NCBI GenBank assembly: GCA_963782915.1
Contig: CAWALK010000025.1
Location: 64,001-128,000 of the forward strand
DNA: 64,000 nt
Origin: an uncultured archaeon
GTDB taxonomy: Archaea > Thermoproteota > Bathyarchaeia > Bathyarchaeales > Bathycorpusculaceae
Reading direction: 5' to 3'
Position numbers and translations under genes: made by a program. Below are positions 19,948-31,253 of the stretch, piece after piece (the first letter of the stretch is position 1; the number at the start of each line of letters is the position of its first letter). Below the pieces are notes generated by a model. The model searched no databases. It had not been told where the DNA came from and worked only from the letters and a program-made list of their open reading frames with translations.

Positions 19948-20538
19948 GTGACCTTTATGGCAGACAAAATTTCTTTGGGCGCTAATTCTTTTGCCCCAGT
20001 AACCCCCGTTTGGGTAGTCGGCACATATGACCATGCTGGAAAACCGAATGCTATGACGGCTGCATGGGCAGGGGTTTGCTGCTCTAAACCTCCATGCGTT
20101 TATGTTTCACTAAGAAAAGCTACCTACACATACGGCAACCTCATGGAGCGTAAGGCGTTTACTGTTAGTTTTCCCTCGGAGGCTTATGTTAAAGAAGCTG
20201 ACTATTTTGGGATGGCTTCGGGGAGAGATTCTGACAAGTTCGCAGTTACTAAGCTTACGCCTGTGAAAAGTGATCTTGTGGATGCACCGTACGTGGGGGA
20301 ATTTCCAGTAATCTTGGAGTGCAAGGTAATCAATATAGTTGAAATCGGGTTGCATACGATGTTTATCGGCGAAGTCCTCGATGTTAAAGCCGACAAGAGC
20401 GTGCTAGGTGAGAATGGGATGCCTGATGTTGAGAAAGTGAAGCCGCTGATCTGGAGTATGGCAAACATGTCCTATCGCAAGGTCGGAGGGCACGTGGGGA
20501 AATCGTTCTCGGTTGGCAAGGATGTAAGCAAATCTTAG
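19948..20538 (+). CDS. Flavin reductase family protein (flavoredoxin-like)
   Basis: PNAMTAAWAG, ADYFGMASGRDSDK, LECKV...GLHTMFIGEV. Confidence 0.9.
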   Translation: MTFMADKISLGANSFAPVTPVWVVGTYDHAGKPNAMTAAWAGVCCSKPPCVYVSLRKATYTYGNLMERKAFTVSFPSEAYVKEADYFGMASGRDSDKFAVTKLTPVKSDLVDAPYVGEFPVILECKVINIVEIGLHTMFIGEVLDVKADKSVLGENGMPDVEKVKPLIWSMANMSYRKVGGHVGKSFSVGKDVSKS

Positions 20539-20582
20539 TTATCAAATAGTTCACCTTGCAAAAGCTACTGCTTCATTCCTAA

Positions 20583-20632
20583 TTTTGACCCCTAAACTCC
20601 TCTTCCCTATCTTAAGGCATATAAGGAGACTT
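20583..20632 (+). repeat. Dispersed repeat R2, copy 1
   Basis: TTTTGACCCCTAAACTCCTCTTCCCTATCTTAAGGCATATAAGGAGACTT. Confidence 0.8.
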
Positions 20633-20733
20633 GACAGCAAAAATTCAGCAAGCCAGCATACGGTTGATAAGCGTACAAGATACGGATAATGTATTTATTA
20701 ATCGTGAAACAGATTGATACTTAGGTGTTTTAA

Positions 20734-21021
20734 GTGATAAGTTTTGAAAATTTAATTGGTTATAAAGTGTTAACTTCTGAAGCTTTTTCTTTGGGCGTTG
20801 TTAAAGGAGCGTTAGTTGACACTGAGAAATGGACCATAACATATTTGCATGTAAAAATAAACGATGAAGCAGCAACAAGGCTTGGATTCAAGAAGCGGTT
20901 TAGAAGTTCTACCATATGCCTGCCCGTCAGTATGGTTAAGGCTATTGGAGATTACGTTACAATTGGCAGATCCTTAGACGAGTTAAGCGAATCTCAAGAG
21001 ATTACTGAGTGCAACGAATAA
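20734..21021 (+). CDS. PRC-barrel domain protein
   Basis: LIGYKVLTSEAFSLGVVKGALVD...LPVSMVKAIGDYV. Confidence 0.8.
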   Translation: MISFENLIGYKVLTSEAFSLGVVKGALVDTEKWTITYLHVKINDEAATRLGFKKRFRSSTICLPVSMVKAIGDYVTIGRSLDELSESQEITECNE

Positions 21022-21083
21022 GCAGGCAAAAGTGCTATAGTTCTCGAGAATATGGGTAAAGAGACGTTAAAAAAAGGGTTTAG

Positions 21084-21248
21084 TTAGAGTTTTCTTTTGG
21101 CTTTGCCGACGTCTTCTTGGATTTTTCCTTGTACTTTTTCTGCTTCGCCCTTGATTATTTGACCAGTGTTGCCAGTAGCTTTGCCCGTGCCTACGCGGAT
21201 TTTGCCTTCTTCCTGTTTGAGTTTACCTTTAACTTCGTCTTTGCTCAT
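21084..21248 (-). CDS. CsbD-like small protein (54 aa, not in ORF track)
   Basis: MSKDEVKGKLKQEEGKIRVGTGKATGNTGQIIKGEAEKVQGKIQEDVGKAKRKL. Confidence 0.75.
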   Translation of the reverse strand: MSKDEVKGKLKQEEGKIRVGTGKATGNTGQIIKGEAEKVQGKIQEDVGKAKRKL

Positions 21249-21568
21249 AAAATTTCACTAACAGACTGGTGTCTCCACGATTGTATAAGCATATGTGACT
21301 GCTAACAGGCACTAACAAGCAACAAGCCATCGCAAATTCTTTTTTGTTGTTAAAGGATCTATTTAGAGATTGGGGTGAGATGGTTTCTTGAAAACCGTTT
21401 GATTGGTCGAATGCAGTCACGAGAGCACGTTGTTTCTTGTTTTTCTTCGTCTTTCTTGCCGAATTTCGTTTTTTGTTAGTTCCCGTAAATAATATACGCA
21501 TGAAATAATCTCAAACCTTCTTTACGCCAATTATTAGTAACTTTTCTCCACAGATAGGGCATGTTTGC

Positions 21569-21911
21569 TTAGGAGAATACGAAGCCAATGACAAAACCCA
21601 CGACTAGTCCTAAACCAAGTGGCAGAATGCCCATGAGAAGTACCCCATATTGAACTACAATAGGGACCATAAGTGTCTGCAATGCTTTGCAAGGCACCAA
21701 GACTTAAGCCGAAAAACCCAAAATAGGCGACCACGACCAATATAATGGCAGCTATAATCGCAATTTTTAGTACCTTGTGGAATAGGTAGCCGACGATAAG
21801 GCCAATGACAAATGGAATAATCATCAAAACTAATGGTGGAATACCCCCTATGCTTCCAGAAGTGATAAAATTAATGACTTGGTCTATGGCACTCAAAATA
21901 AGCGACTCCAA
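21569..21911 (-). CDS. FUN14-like small membrane protein (frameshift near 21660)
   Basis: PFVIGLIVGYLFHKVLKIA; shifted frame ends LPLGLGLVVGFVIGFVFS. Confidence 0.6.
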
Positions 21912-22130
21912 ACAAGTAAGGGGGTGATTACAGAGGCTATTAAACGCACGTTGTTGCAGTCACGCAGTCACAAGGTTTGGATATCCCTAAAGGGCATTCT
22001 CCCAGCAAGCAATGGCTCTGTCTTGCAACAATAATCCGATAATCTGAAATTCATTAAAAAATGTAAAGAGCGCATAGTAAAAGTCCTTATTCTGGCAAAA
22101 CAGAGAATAAACCAATCTTAGGTGTTTTGA

Positions 22131-22361
22131 ATGAGCGAAAAACAACAAGGCAAACTTTTTGACAAAATGTGGGAACTACTTGGCTCTAAAATGATTGATT
22201 CAGGAAAACAAAACGTAGCAGAAGTGGAGAAACTTTTCAAAACGGTACTATACGAGGCAAAAACAGATTTCCCCAGAATAACCGAATACGGTAGCTTCTT
22301 TTACGCTGACGGCGAGAAAGAAGCCATCATATGGTATAAAAAATGGTTTGGCGCTCCCTAA
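22131..22361 (+). CDS. Hypothetical protein
   Basis: ATG preceded by AGGTG SD-like motif; protein-like composition. Confidence 0.6.
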   Translation: MSEKQQGKLFDKMWELLGSKMIDSGKQNVAEVEKLFKTVLYEAKTDFPRITEYGSFFYADGEKEAIIWYKKWFGAP

Positions 22362-22617
22362 CACCGAGTTAGCCGTCAATACATCTTCTGTCAATTTCAG
22401 AAAATGGGGTCGTTCCCCACTCTCAATTGTAAGAACCCCTCCGCTTTGCTGTGCTACCGGTACAACAACACATCTTTTTTAAAGAATTACATCTTCCCTC
22501 TTAGCGGATGTCACATTTTGAATAAGGCAGAAGCCACAAATCTGCTCAGACAAATAATTTCATTTTGAAGGATTAAGCGCAGAAACAGAAATTTTTTTTC
22601 TTTGAGCACCAAATAAG

Positions 22618-22998
22618 TTGAAGCTTCTAGGTGATTTTTTGGATAAAAATCAAGCACTTAAATTGTTAGAGGAGATAAAACTGAACTGTCCACGGATTGA
22701 CGAAAAAACGGTGTCTTTGAATGAATCAAATGCTTTGGATGTAGCTTCAAGAGGTTTTCAGATATTTGTCGGTGGAATAGACAAAGATGATCGTACATGT
22801 ATCAGAAAAGCAATAGGCCAATACGATTATCTCATCAAGGAAGGTCCCGACCGTATGATCATCTATGACCCTGCAGAGTTGAAGTGTCCCGAATGCGGCA
22901 AAATATTTGAAACAACAAGGGAACTAAAGACACACATAACAGGGGTACATTATAGCAAGGAATTTGAACAAACCGAGATGCCAACCGGCGAAATGTAA
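22618..22998 (+). CDS. C2H2 zinc-finger-containing protein
   Basis: CPECGKIFETTRELKTHITGVH. Confidence 0.7.
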   Translation: MKLLGDFLDKNQALKLLEEIKLNCPRIDEKTVSLNESNALDVASRGFQIFVGGIDKDDRTCIRKAIGQYDYLIKEGPDRMIIYDPAELKCPECGKIFETTRELKTHITGVHYSKEFEQTEMPTGEM

Positions 22999-23492
22999 CT
23001 CTCGGATTCCTTACTGCCGGTGATTACCCAGTAATGCAATCTTGCCTTTGAGCAACCATAGGCAACAAGCGTATGAAAAACAATCTCGACTAAACACATG
23101 GATATTGAGGAGCCCTTATGCTTAAGGGGCAAACTATTATGGCATCCATAACATTGTTATTGCTTAACAATGGGTGGATGGCAAAGACTTGTGTACTTTT
23201 GCCCAATCGTGCACACTTCCCCTCCCTTCCACCCATTGCGGTTTACCCCTAAAGCAGCAAAGCTCTGCTCCGAAACCGTTCGAGGGGCCTGCAAAAAGAG
23301 CCGTTTTTTGGTATTTTGGGCAGCCGTAGAGGGAAATGCAAAATGTATCCTGAAGTATGAATTGAAGTTACAAATTGTATTCTCACTCTGTTGCTAACGG
23401 ATGTTAAATACTACTTGCACTCACAGGCAAATTAAGCGAACACACGAAAGCTAGTGTTTTCGCTAAAAAATTATTTAGAGGAAAAACAGCGA

Positions 23493-26173
23493 ATGAAAAT
23501 ACAAAATAAAAGAATAACAACAATGTTTTCATTGATATTGATACTTTCAATCGCAGCCTCAATGGCACTATCACCAACAATAAAGGGACAAGTCTATCCC
23601 CCCTCAGGCACACACATACCAACTTATTCTTTCATCAACGTCTACCCTAACCCCGCAGGAATCGGCCAAACAGTCACGGTGAACTTCTTCCTTTCCACGC
23701 CTCCAGAAAACGGAGCCCAAGGCGGAGTACCCACAAACATGTCGGTGCTCGTCACCTATCCGGACGGCTCAGTTAAATCTCTGGGAAACGGCAACTTTAC
23801 AGGAGACCAAACAGGCGGAACATTCACAACCTTCACCCCAACCGCAACCGGCAACTATTCATTCAAATTCGTTTACGGCGGCCAAACACTCGGCGGCGTA
23901 CGCTCAGCAACCAACTATGCAAACCTAATCCTTGACCCAAGCGAAAGCAAACCCGTCATACTCAGTGTACAAGAAGAACCCGTCATGGAAACCTCTTGGC
24001 CAGTAACACCGCTTCCAACAGAATATTGGCAAACACCGGTATCCGCACAGAACGTCCAAGAATGGTACAAAATCATGGGACCCTGGCTTGGACTGGGCGC
24101 AAACACATTTGCACAAACAGGCGCTTACAACTCCACAAGCTACACTAACCCCTACACTACATCAGTAAACAGCGGCCACGTAATGTGGACCAAAGTTTGG
24201 GCAGCAGGCGGTATAGCAGGCGGAGACTTAGGCGGAAACGAAATCGACAGCAGCTACTGGGCAACCAGACAATACCAACCACAATATGCACCGGTCGTCA
24301 TCAACGGCATCATGTACTCAACACAGTTCCCCGATGACATGGGCACAAACATGGCATACGGCCTCCTCGCAACTGATTTGTACACTGGAAAAACGATGTG
24401 GACACTCAACACAACCAACCCACTACGGTGCGGTATGGTCATGAGTTATAAACACATTAACCAGTACGGCGCTATCGGACCATTCCTATGGACCACAGGC
24501 ACCCTACCGGCATCTGACACAGGCGGCAGCTTAATCCCAAACAGCGGCACCCAATGGAACATGTACGACGCCTTAACAGGCATGTACGTCTTAAGCATAA
24601 CCAACGGCACAACCATGACACTGCGCACCGACGAAAGCGGCGGCCTAATCGGCTACTACGTCAACAACACAGTCGGAGCATGGAGCGAAATGACACATCC
24701 AACACCTGGCCAAAACGTAATAGCAAACGGCACAGGCCCACACTTAACATGCGTAAACATGACTATGGCTATTGGACAAACAGGCGGCTCATGGCAAGTA
24801 GGTAAAAACACAGTACGTGCAATGAACACCGGCGAAATGTGGTCAGTACAATTACCGTCAAACATTTCAGGTGCTCAAATCAGCCCCGCCCTATCACTCA
24901 GCGGCATAACCGGCGACGCAGTCGTCTTGAACTCAGGATGGGTTCACGGCGCAGGAACCGGCGGCGAAATGGCAGGCTGGTTAGTCATGGTAAGCATAGA
25001 CCAAAACGACGGACACCTACTCTACTCAGCAAACTTAACCTACGCCCAAGGATACAAAACCCTACTCCCATACACTAGAACCAACAGTGCATTCGGCGAC
25101 GGCAAACTCTTCATAGAAAACGAAGCAAGCTACGGAGTCGAAGCCATCGACGTACGCACAGGCGCACTAGTCTGGTCTAAAACATTCACAGGCGACAACG
25201 GCGCAGCACCAAACATTTACGACAACTTCGGCTTAAAACACTACATCTCAAACGGCAAACTCATCACCGAAGGCTTAGGAGGCGACGTATGGTGCCAAAG
25301 CACAGCCACAGGCGAATTCCTATGGTACACCAACACAACCAAACTCATTGGTTCACCGGGAATCGAAACACCCTATGGCATCTGGCCACTCTGGGTCTTC
25401 AACTGTGCAGCATTCACAAACGACGTAGCATACCTCCCAGTCGGACACGAATATAACCCACCACTATTCCACGGCGCACAAATGATCGCAGTCAACCTAA
25501 CCGACGGCAGCTTAGTCTGGAGCGAACTCGGCATGTACATCCGATCCACAGAAGTCAGCTACGGCATCATGCTATCACTAAACGCATACGACAACCAAAT
25601 CTACGCATACGGTAAAGGACCAACCCAAACAACCATCGCAGCCCCAAACATGGGAGTAACCACTGCAACCCCAATCACCATCACAGGCTCAGTAACCGAC
25701 ATCTCAGCAGGCACACAACAAAACGAAATCGCCCTAAGATTCCCCAACGGAGTACCAGCAGTCTCTGATGCAAGCCAAAGCAGATACATGGAATACATCT
25801 ACCAGAAACAAGCCGCACCCAGCGACGTACAAGGCGTACCAGTCACATTAAACGTAGTTGATGCAAACGGCAACACAAGAACCATCGGCATGACCACAAC
25901 AAACTCTATGGGCACATTCGGCTTCAACTGGACCCCCGACATTGCAGGCGCATACACCATAACAGCAAGCTTCGGCGGCTCCGAATCATACTATAAATCA
26001 CAAGCCTCAACAGTGCTCTATGCAGCTGAATCAGCAACCACAGCACCAACCACCACAACACAAACAGGTTAGCAACAACAGCTGATTTAATGCTCTACAT
26101 GGCAGTCGGCGTAGTTGCAATCATCATTGCAATTGCAATCCTTGGTCTGCTCATCCTAAGAAAACACGCATAA
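23493..26173 (+). CDS. Large surface protein with PQQ-like beta-propeller and Ig-like domains, Thr-rich linker and C-terminal TM anchor (frameshift near 26065)
   Basis: Signal peptide; repeated DxxTGxxxW units, NAYDNQIYAYGKGP; anchor LMLYMAVGVVAIIIAIAILGLLILRKHA in shifted frame. Confidence 0.8.
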
Positions 26174-26225
26174 ACAACCAATCAAACTCTTTCCCTTTTC
26201 CTTTTTTTGAAGCTTAGTTTTTAGT

Positions 26226-26268
26226 TAGTAGTTGTTGCCAAAAACCCCCTATACACAACCACAACCAA
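26226..26268 (+). repeat. Intergenic repeat R4, copy 1
   Basis: 37/43 match to the reverse complement of 60083-60125. Confidence 0.75.
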
Positions 26269-26340
26269 TAGCATCTGAGAACGTTTTTGTGAGTTGCGTT
26301 TGATTAAAAAGTTTAAAGGCTGTTCTGTTCTTAGTTTTAT

Positions 26341-28732
26341 TTGGCGATTGTTCCAGTGAAACTTGTTTTTTGGCTGCTTGACATTAACCCAAAAGTGGAC
26401 GGTGACAAAGTGGAGTTGTGGCTCTGGGGCATCGACCAAACGGGCAACCGAGTGCTTTTTGTTGAGCGCAACTTTACCGCCTACTTCTATGCGGTGCTGC
26501 ATGGGGGCGCTGACGGAGCGGCAGTATCAGAAACAATCCTGCTCAATTGCGCTTCCACCGTAGCCAAAGCCGAAGTTGTTCCCCGACGCTTCTTCGGCAA
26601 ACCCGTAACCGCCATCAAAGTCAGCCTTAAAGATGCCACCCAAACCAGCAAAGTAGCCCGCCAAATACGCAAAATCGACGGAGTCTCCGACTGCTACGAA
26701 GACGACATACGCGCCGCCATGCGCTACCTAATAGACAACGGCGTCGTGCCCTGTAGTTGGCATGAAGTAGACGCTATCAGAAACAGAAAACACACAAGCG
26801 GTGAGGGCAGCTAAGGTTTACTTGATTACTTCCCCGCCTAAACCCCTCGAGACCACTCTGGTAGCGCCGCCTTTGCGGCTTCTTGCTTTTTCGATGATAT
26901 GCTACAGCCGCGAAGGCTCCCCTAAACCCGACAGAAACCCCATCATCCTACTCTCAACAGTAGCAAGCAATGGCGAAGAAAAACAGTTCACCGCCGGTGA
27001 GGATAAAGATGACAAACCAATCATCAAAGCCTTCATGGAATACATCCGCAGCTTCGACCCCGACGTCATCGTAAGCTACGGCGCAAACACAACCGACTGG
27101 AATTATCTACTGCAAAGAAGCCACCAATACGGTTTACTTCTGGATTTTGATAGAGCCGCCTTTGAACCTCATACCAGCGTGTATGGGCATGTTTCAGCCA
27201 CCGGCATCGTCAACGTCGATTTAGCAGATTTCACCAGTATGTTTCCAGAAGTTAAGGTAAAGACGCTCTCCAACTTTGCTGACCATTTAGGTTTAGCTGG
27301 CGAAGCTGGGGCTGTGGTTGAGGCTGTGCTGTTTGCCCAGTACTGGGATAATCCAGAAAAACGCGGCGAATTGCAAAAGTTTGCCTTAGATAGTGCCCAT
27401 AGAGTGCTGGGGGTGGCGGGTTTGCTACTGGATTTTGCCATTCAACTCTCAAGCTTAACCAGCCTGCCACTGGACCACGTTATGGCGGCTGCAACTGGTT
27501 TCCGTGTAGAGTGGTACCTGATTAAGCAGGCGCAGAGAATCGGTGAAATCGTTCCCCGACGAGTCGAGCAACCCTACATACCCTACACAGGCGGCTTGGT
27601 GCTGTCTCCGCAGCCCGGTTTGCACGAAAACATCGCCGTTTTAGACTTCAAATCCATGTACCCCAACATCATGATAACCTACAACCTCTCCCCCGACACC
27701 TACATACAAACAGGCGACCCTGAACCATCCGAAGGCGTTTACATAGCGCCGGAGGTTAAGCATCGTTTCCGTAAGCAGCCGCCGGGATTCTACAAAGAAG
27801 CCCTCACATACCTAATTGAAGTAAGGGCTACAGTTCGCAAACAAATGAAGCTGCTGAAGCCTAAAACGGTTGAGTACCAAGTTTTGGATGCCCGTCAGAA
27901 AGCCGTAAAAATCCTCACCAACGCCGCTTATGGCTACGCAGGCTGGGTAGGCGCAAGATGGTACATTAAACCCGTCGCCGAAGCCGCCTCCGCATGGGGA
28001 CGACACATCATTTTGACTGCTTCACAGATGGCACAAAAAGCTGGCATCGAAGTAATTTATGGGGACACAGACAGCCTATTCATCAAATACGACGCAGCCA
28101 AAGCAGAGCAGCTACAGCAAGACATCCAAGCGGAATTCAAGTTAGACGTGGAAATCGGCGAAGTCTATGTGCGCATCTTTTTTACTGAAGCCAAAAAACG
28201 CTATGCAGGCTTACGCAAAGACGGCAGCTTGGATATTGTGGGCTTAGAAGTTATTCGCGGCGACTGGGCAGAAGTAGCTAAAAAAGTGCAGGAGCATGTC
28301 CTCGAAATTATCCTCAAGGAACAGTCACCCAAAAAAGCCGTCGAATACGTGCGCTCAACGGTTTCTGATTTGCGCCATAAACGGTTGCCCTTGACTGATT
28401 TGATTATTTGGAAGACACTCACTAAGCCGCCGGAGCAGTATGCAATTAGGGCTCCCCATGTGGAAGCAGCAAAAATGCTCCTTGCGAGGGGTTGGCGTTT
28501 AAGTGGCGGCGACAAAGTTGGCTATGTTGTTTTAGCTGGCAAGGGCGCTCTGTATTTGCGTGTGATGCCCTATGTCTTCGCTAAAACTGAAGATGTGGAC
28601 GTTGATTATTATGTTACAAATCAAGTGTTGCCAGCGGCAGCGCGTATACTGAGCTTTTTTAATGTAACACAAAAAGAGCTTGAATTAATTACAAAAGAAG
28701 AAAAAACTAAGAGCCTAACTGATTATTTTTAG
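26341..28732 (+). CDS. polB: Family B DNA polymerase (PolB3-like); frameshift near 26780
   Basis: Motif A LDFKSMYPNIM, B KILTNAAYGY, C YGDTDS; N-terminal YEDDIR..MRYLID; PIP-box-like KSLTDYF. Confidence 0.93.
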
Positions 28733-29937
28733 GCTTGGTCTTTGGGGATGACGGTTTGGAACGTCATCAATTCAACGTTGAGTGCTGGCTTCACTGCTTC
28801 AGATACGCGTGAGGCAACGATGCGTTTGATGCTTTTGGTTGCTGCGATGTCAACGATGCGTTGTGTAATGATGCCGTCAAAGACTACTGTGTCGACGTCT
28901 GCCATTTGTGAAAGCTTCTCTGCGAGTTGGCTGACTGGTAGGCGTTCGATTAATTCGAGTTTGTCGTTTAATAGGACTGCTTCGAGTGTGCCGATGAGTG
29001 CTTTTGCTGCTTGAACGATTGTCTCTGGAACTTCGACTTTAACGCGTTCAGGAATCACTAGTGCGGGTGCTGCTGGTGCTTGGGGCATTGGCTTCTTTAT
29101 TGGTGGTGTTGGTTTGCCCATGAGTTCGCTGACTGGTATACGGCCTTCGATGGCTTCTGCGATTTCTTTGCAGTTGCATTCCTCGATTTCTTTGCCTCTT
29201 GGTGCGCGGCCGACGTATTTGACGTTGGTTACTTGGAGGAGTTCTTTTTGGATTAAGTCTCCGCCTCTGTCGCCGTCGAGTAGTGCTGTTGCGTTGCGTT
29301 CTTTGGTGATTTTCTTGATTGAATCGGGAACTTTTGCGCCTTCGAGTGCAACGGTGTTAAAGATTCCGCATCGCATCAAATTGATTACGTCTGCTCTGCC
29401 TTCGACTACATAGATGTCTTTGCTGCCTTCTAAGCCGGGGCCTGCTGGTAGGTCTTCGGGACCGTACTTTTCGACTTTGCCGACTTTCATGGTGTCGCTG
29501 ATTTCTTTGTATACTTCGTCTACGCTTGGCATTGATTCGATGTTCCATTTGTGCAGGATTTCTTTGGCGCGGTCGATGATGATCTTTCGGCGTGCTTCAC
29601 GGATGTCTTCTATGCGTTCAAGGAAAACTTTTGCGCTGCATGGTCCGACGCGGTTTATGCTCTCAACGCTTGCTGCGATGAGTGCAGTGGAAACGCGGTC
29701 GAGGCTGGTAGGTATGGTTATTGAGCCTGTTGTGCGGTCGTTTTTAGAATGTAAGTCGATTTCTATTCTGCCGATGCGCCCGGTTTTTTGCAGTTCTCTT
29801 AAATCGAGTTCGGGACCGAAAAGTCCTTCTGTTTGCCCGAAAACTGCGCCGATGACATCGGGTTTTTCAACGACTCCTTCAATTTCAAATCTAGCGTGTA
29901 CAACGTACTTTATCGTAAAGGTTTGGGATGTTCCCGT
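28729..29937 (-). CDS. dnaG: Archaeal DnaG (TOPRIM primase-like, exosome-associated)
   Basis: Continuous frame with GVVEKPDVIGAVFGQTEGLFG, VVEGRADV, DGDRGG; ORF track starts at an internal Met. Confidence 0.93.
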   Translation of the reverse strand, partial: TGTSQTFTIKYVVHARFEIEGVVEKPDVIGAVFGQTEGLFGPELDLRELQKTGRIGRIEIDLHSKNDRTTGSITIPTSLDRVSTALIAASVESINRVGPCSAKVFLERIEDIREARRKIIIDRAKEILHKWNIESMPSVDEVYKEISDTMKVGKVEKYGPEDLPAGPGLEGSKDIYVVEGRADVINLMRCGIFNTVALEGAKVPDSIKKITKERNATALLDGDRGGDLIQKELLQVTNVKYVGRAPRGKEIEECNCKEIAEAIEGRIPVSELMGKPTPPIKKPMPQAPAAPALVIPERVKVEVPETIVQAAKALIGTLEAVLLNDKLELIERLPVSQLAEKLSQMADVDTVVFDGIITQRIVDIAATKSIKRIVASRVSEAVKPALNVELMTFQTVIPKDQA

Positions 29938-30189
29938 AAATATGCAACTCCTGTAAAGATTTTATTATATTATGTGTTAATCGCACTATGCAAGTTATTC
30001 TCGCATTGATGAGATTTTGATCTACTGATTAAGAATTTAGGTGCAAGCCGTCTAATAATACTTGTGGTGTCATGATTCAGTCGTCTAATTAGCTAAAAAG
30101 CCCAAGTCTGGGGCTAATCCACACCAAAACAGCGACCTTTACCCTTCAACTTAAATAATCATAACTACAAAAGAGAATACGATACCCAA

Positions 30190-30985
30190 ATGAGCCTGCA
30201 CCTTAACCCAGAATACGACAGCCTCCTGCCCCGAATGTCAGAGGAAGAATTCGCTGAACTAAAAAAATCCATACAAAGCGAAGGCCAACACTACCCCATT
30301 ATAGTTAACGAAAACCTCGAAGTCCTCGACGGACACCACCGCTTCCGCGCCTGCACTAGAACTCGGCTTAGACCCAGACTTCGAAGTCAAACAATTCGAC
30401 GACAAACTGCTTGAAAAAAAATTCGTCATAGAAGCTAACCTACGGCGACGGCACCTAAACAACTTCCAACTCGTCGAATTGGCCGTGCCACTGCTCGAAA
30501 TCGAAAGGGCTCTGGCTAAGCAGAGGCAATCTAAGGGCGGAAAAAACGGTCGCGACTTCCAATTAGGCTTAAACACAGATGGGTTAGCGCCTGAAGACGC
30601 AGAGCCTACTCCGGAGGCTGCGGGAAAAGCCACGGAAGTAGTTGCTAAAAGAGCAGGCGTTTCAACCCGAACCCTTGAGCGGGGCAAAAGAATCCTCGAA
30701 GAAGCCAGCGAAGACGATAAGCAGAAACTTAGGGAAGGCAAAACAAGCATCTCTAAGGTTTATCAGGAAATAGTCGGCGAAAGCAAACCTCAGCCTGCGC
30801 CAGAGCCAGTGAAAATGGATTCCGAACGTGACTTACACAACAAAGAGGAGCTCTTAGCCATTTTGGAGCGGTTCATAGATGAGGAACTGTATTGTCCTTC
30901 CTGCGGAAACACTATGTTTGAATGCAGCAAATGCCACCGAACACTCAGAGAGTTACTCGCCAAGTACAAAGCAGACAAACTCTAA
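30190..30985 (+). CDS. ParB/Srx N-terminal domain protein with HTH and C-terminal Cys4 motif (frameshift near 30355)
   Basis: LKKSIQSEGQHYPIIV...LDGHHRFRA, ANLRRRHL, AKRAGVSTRT, CPSC..CSKC. Confidence 0.8.
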
Positions 30986-31059
30986 TCTCACTTTATTTAG
31001 GGTTTTTTGTAGTCAACCGCCGGAAAACTTGAATAGAACCTCCCTACCTTGAGCACTCA

Positions 31060-31251
31060 ATGAAAGCTCTCATAGACCCAAACAAGTGCAGCCACTGCGA
31101 AAAATGCGCTGTCGCCAAAGAATGTCCCATTAAAGCTGTTTTTCGCATAAGCGATGACGAATCAGCAGTGGTAGACATGGGTATTTGTCATGGTTGCGGG
31201 TTGTGTGTGGCTAAGTGCCCTGCACATGCCGTCCTTATGCGAGAAGGCTAA
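31060..31251 (+). CDS. 4Fe-4S dicluster ferredoxin-like protein
   Basis: CSHCEKC...CP and CHGCGLCVAKCP. Confidence 0.88.
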   Translation: MKALIDPNKCSHCEKCAVAKECPIKAVFRISDDESAVVDMGICHGCGLCVAKCPAHAVLMREG

Positions 31252-31253
31252 GT

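Noticed and set aside
26770-26815. Naturally split PolB or programmed frameshift
   Set aside because: No slippery site evident; same pattern as the many indels across the window
29944-30189. Replication origin between dnaG and the ParB-like gene
   Set aside because: No ORB-like repeats with G-strings and no cdc6/orc1 gene; consistent with a divergent promoter region
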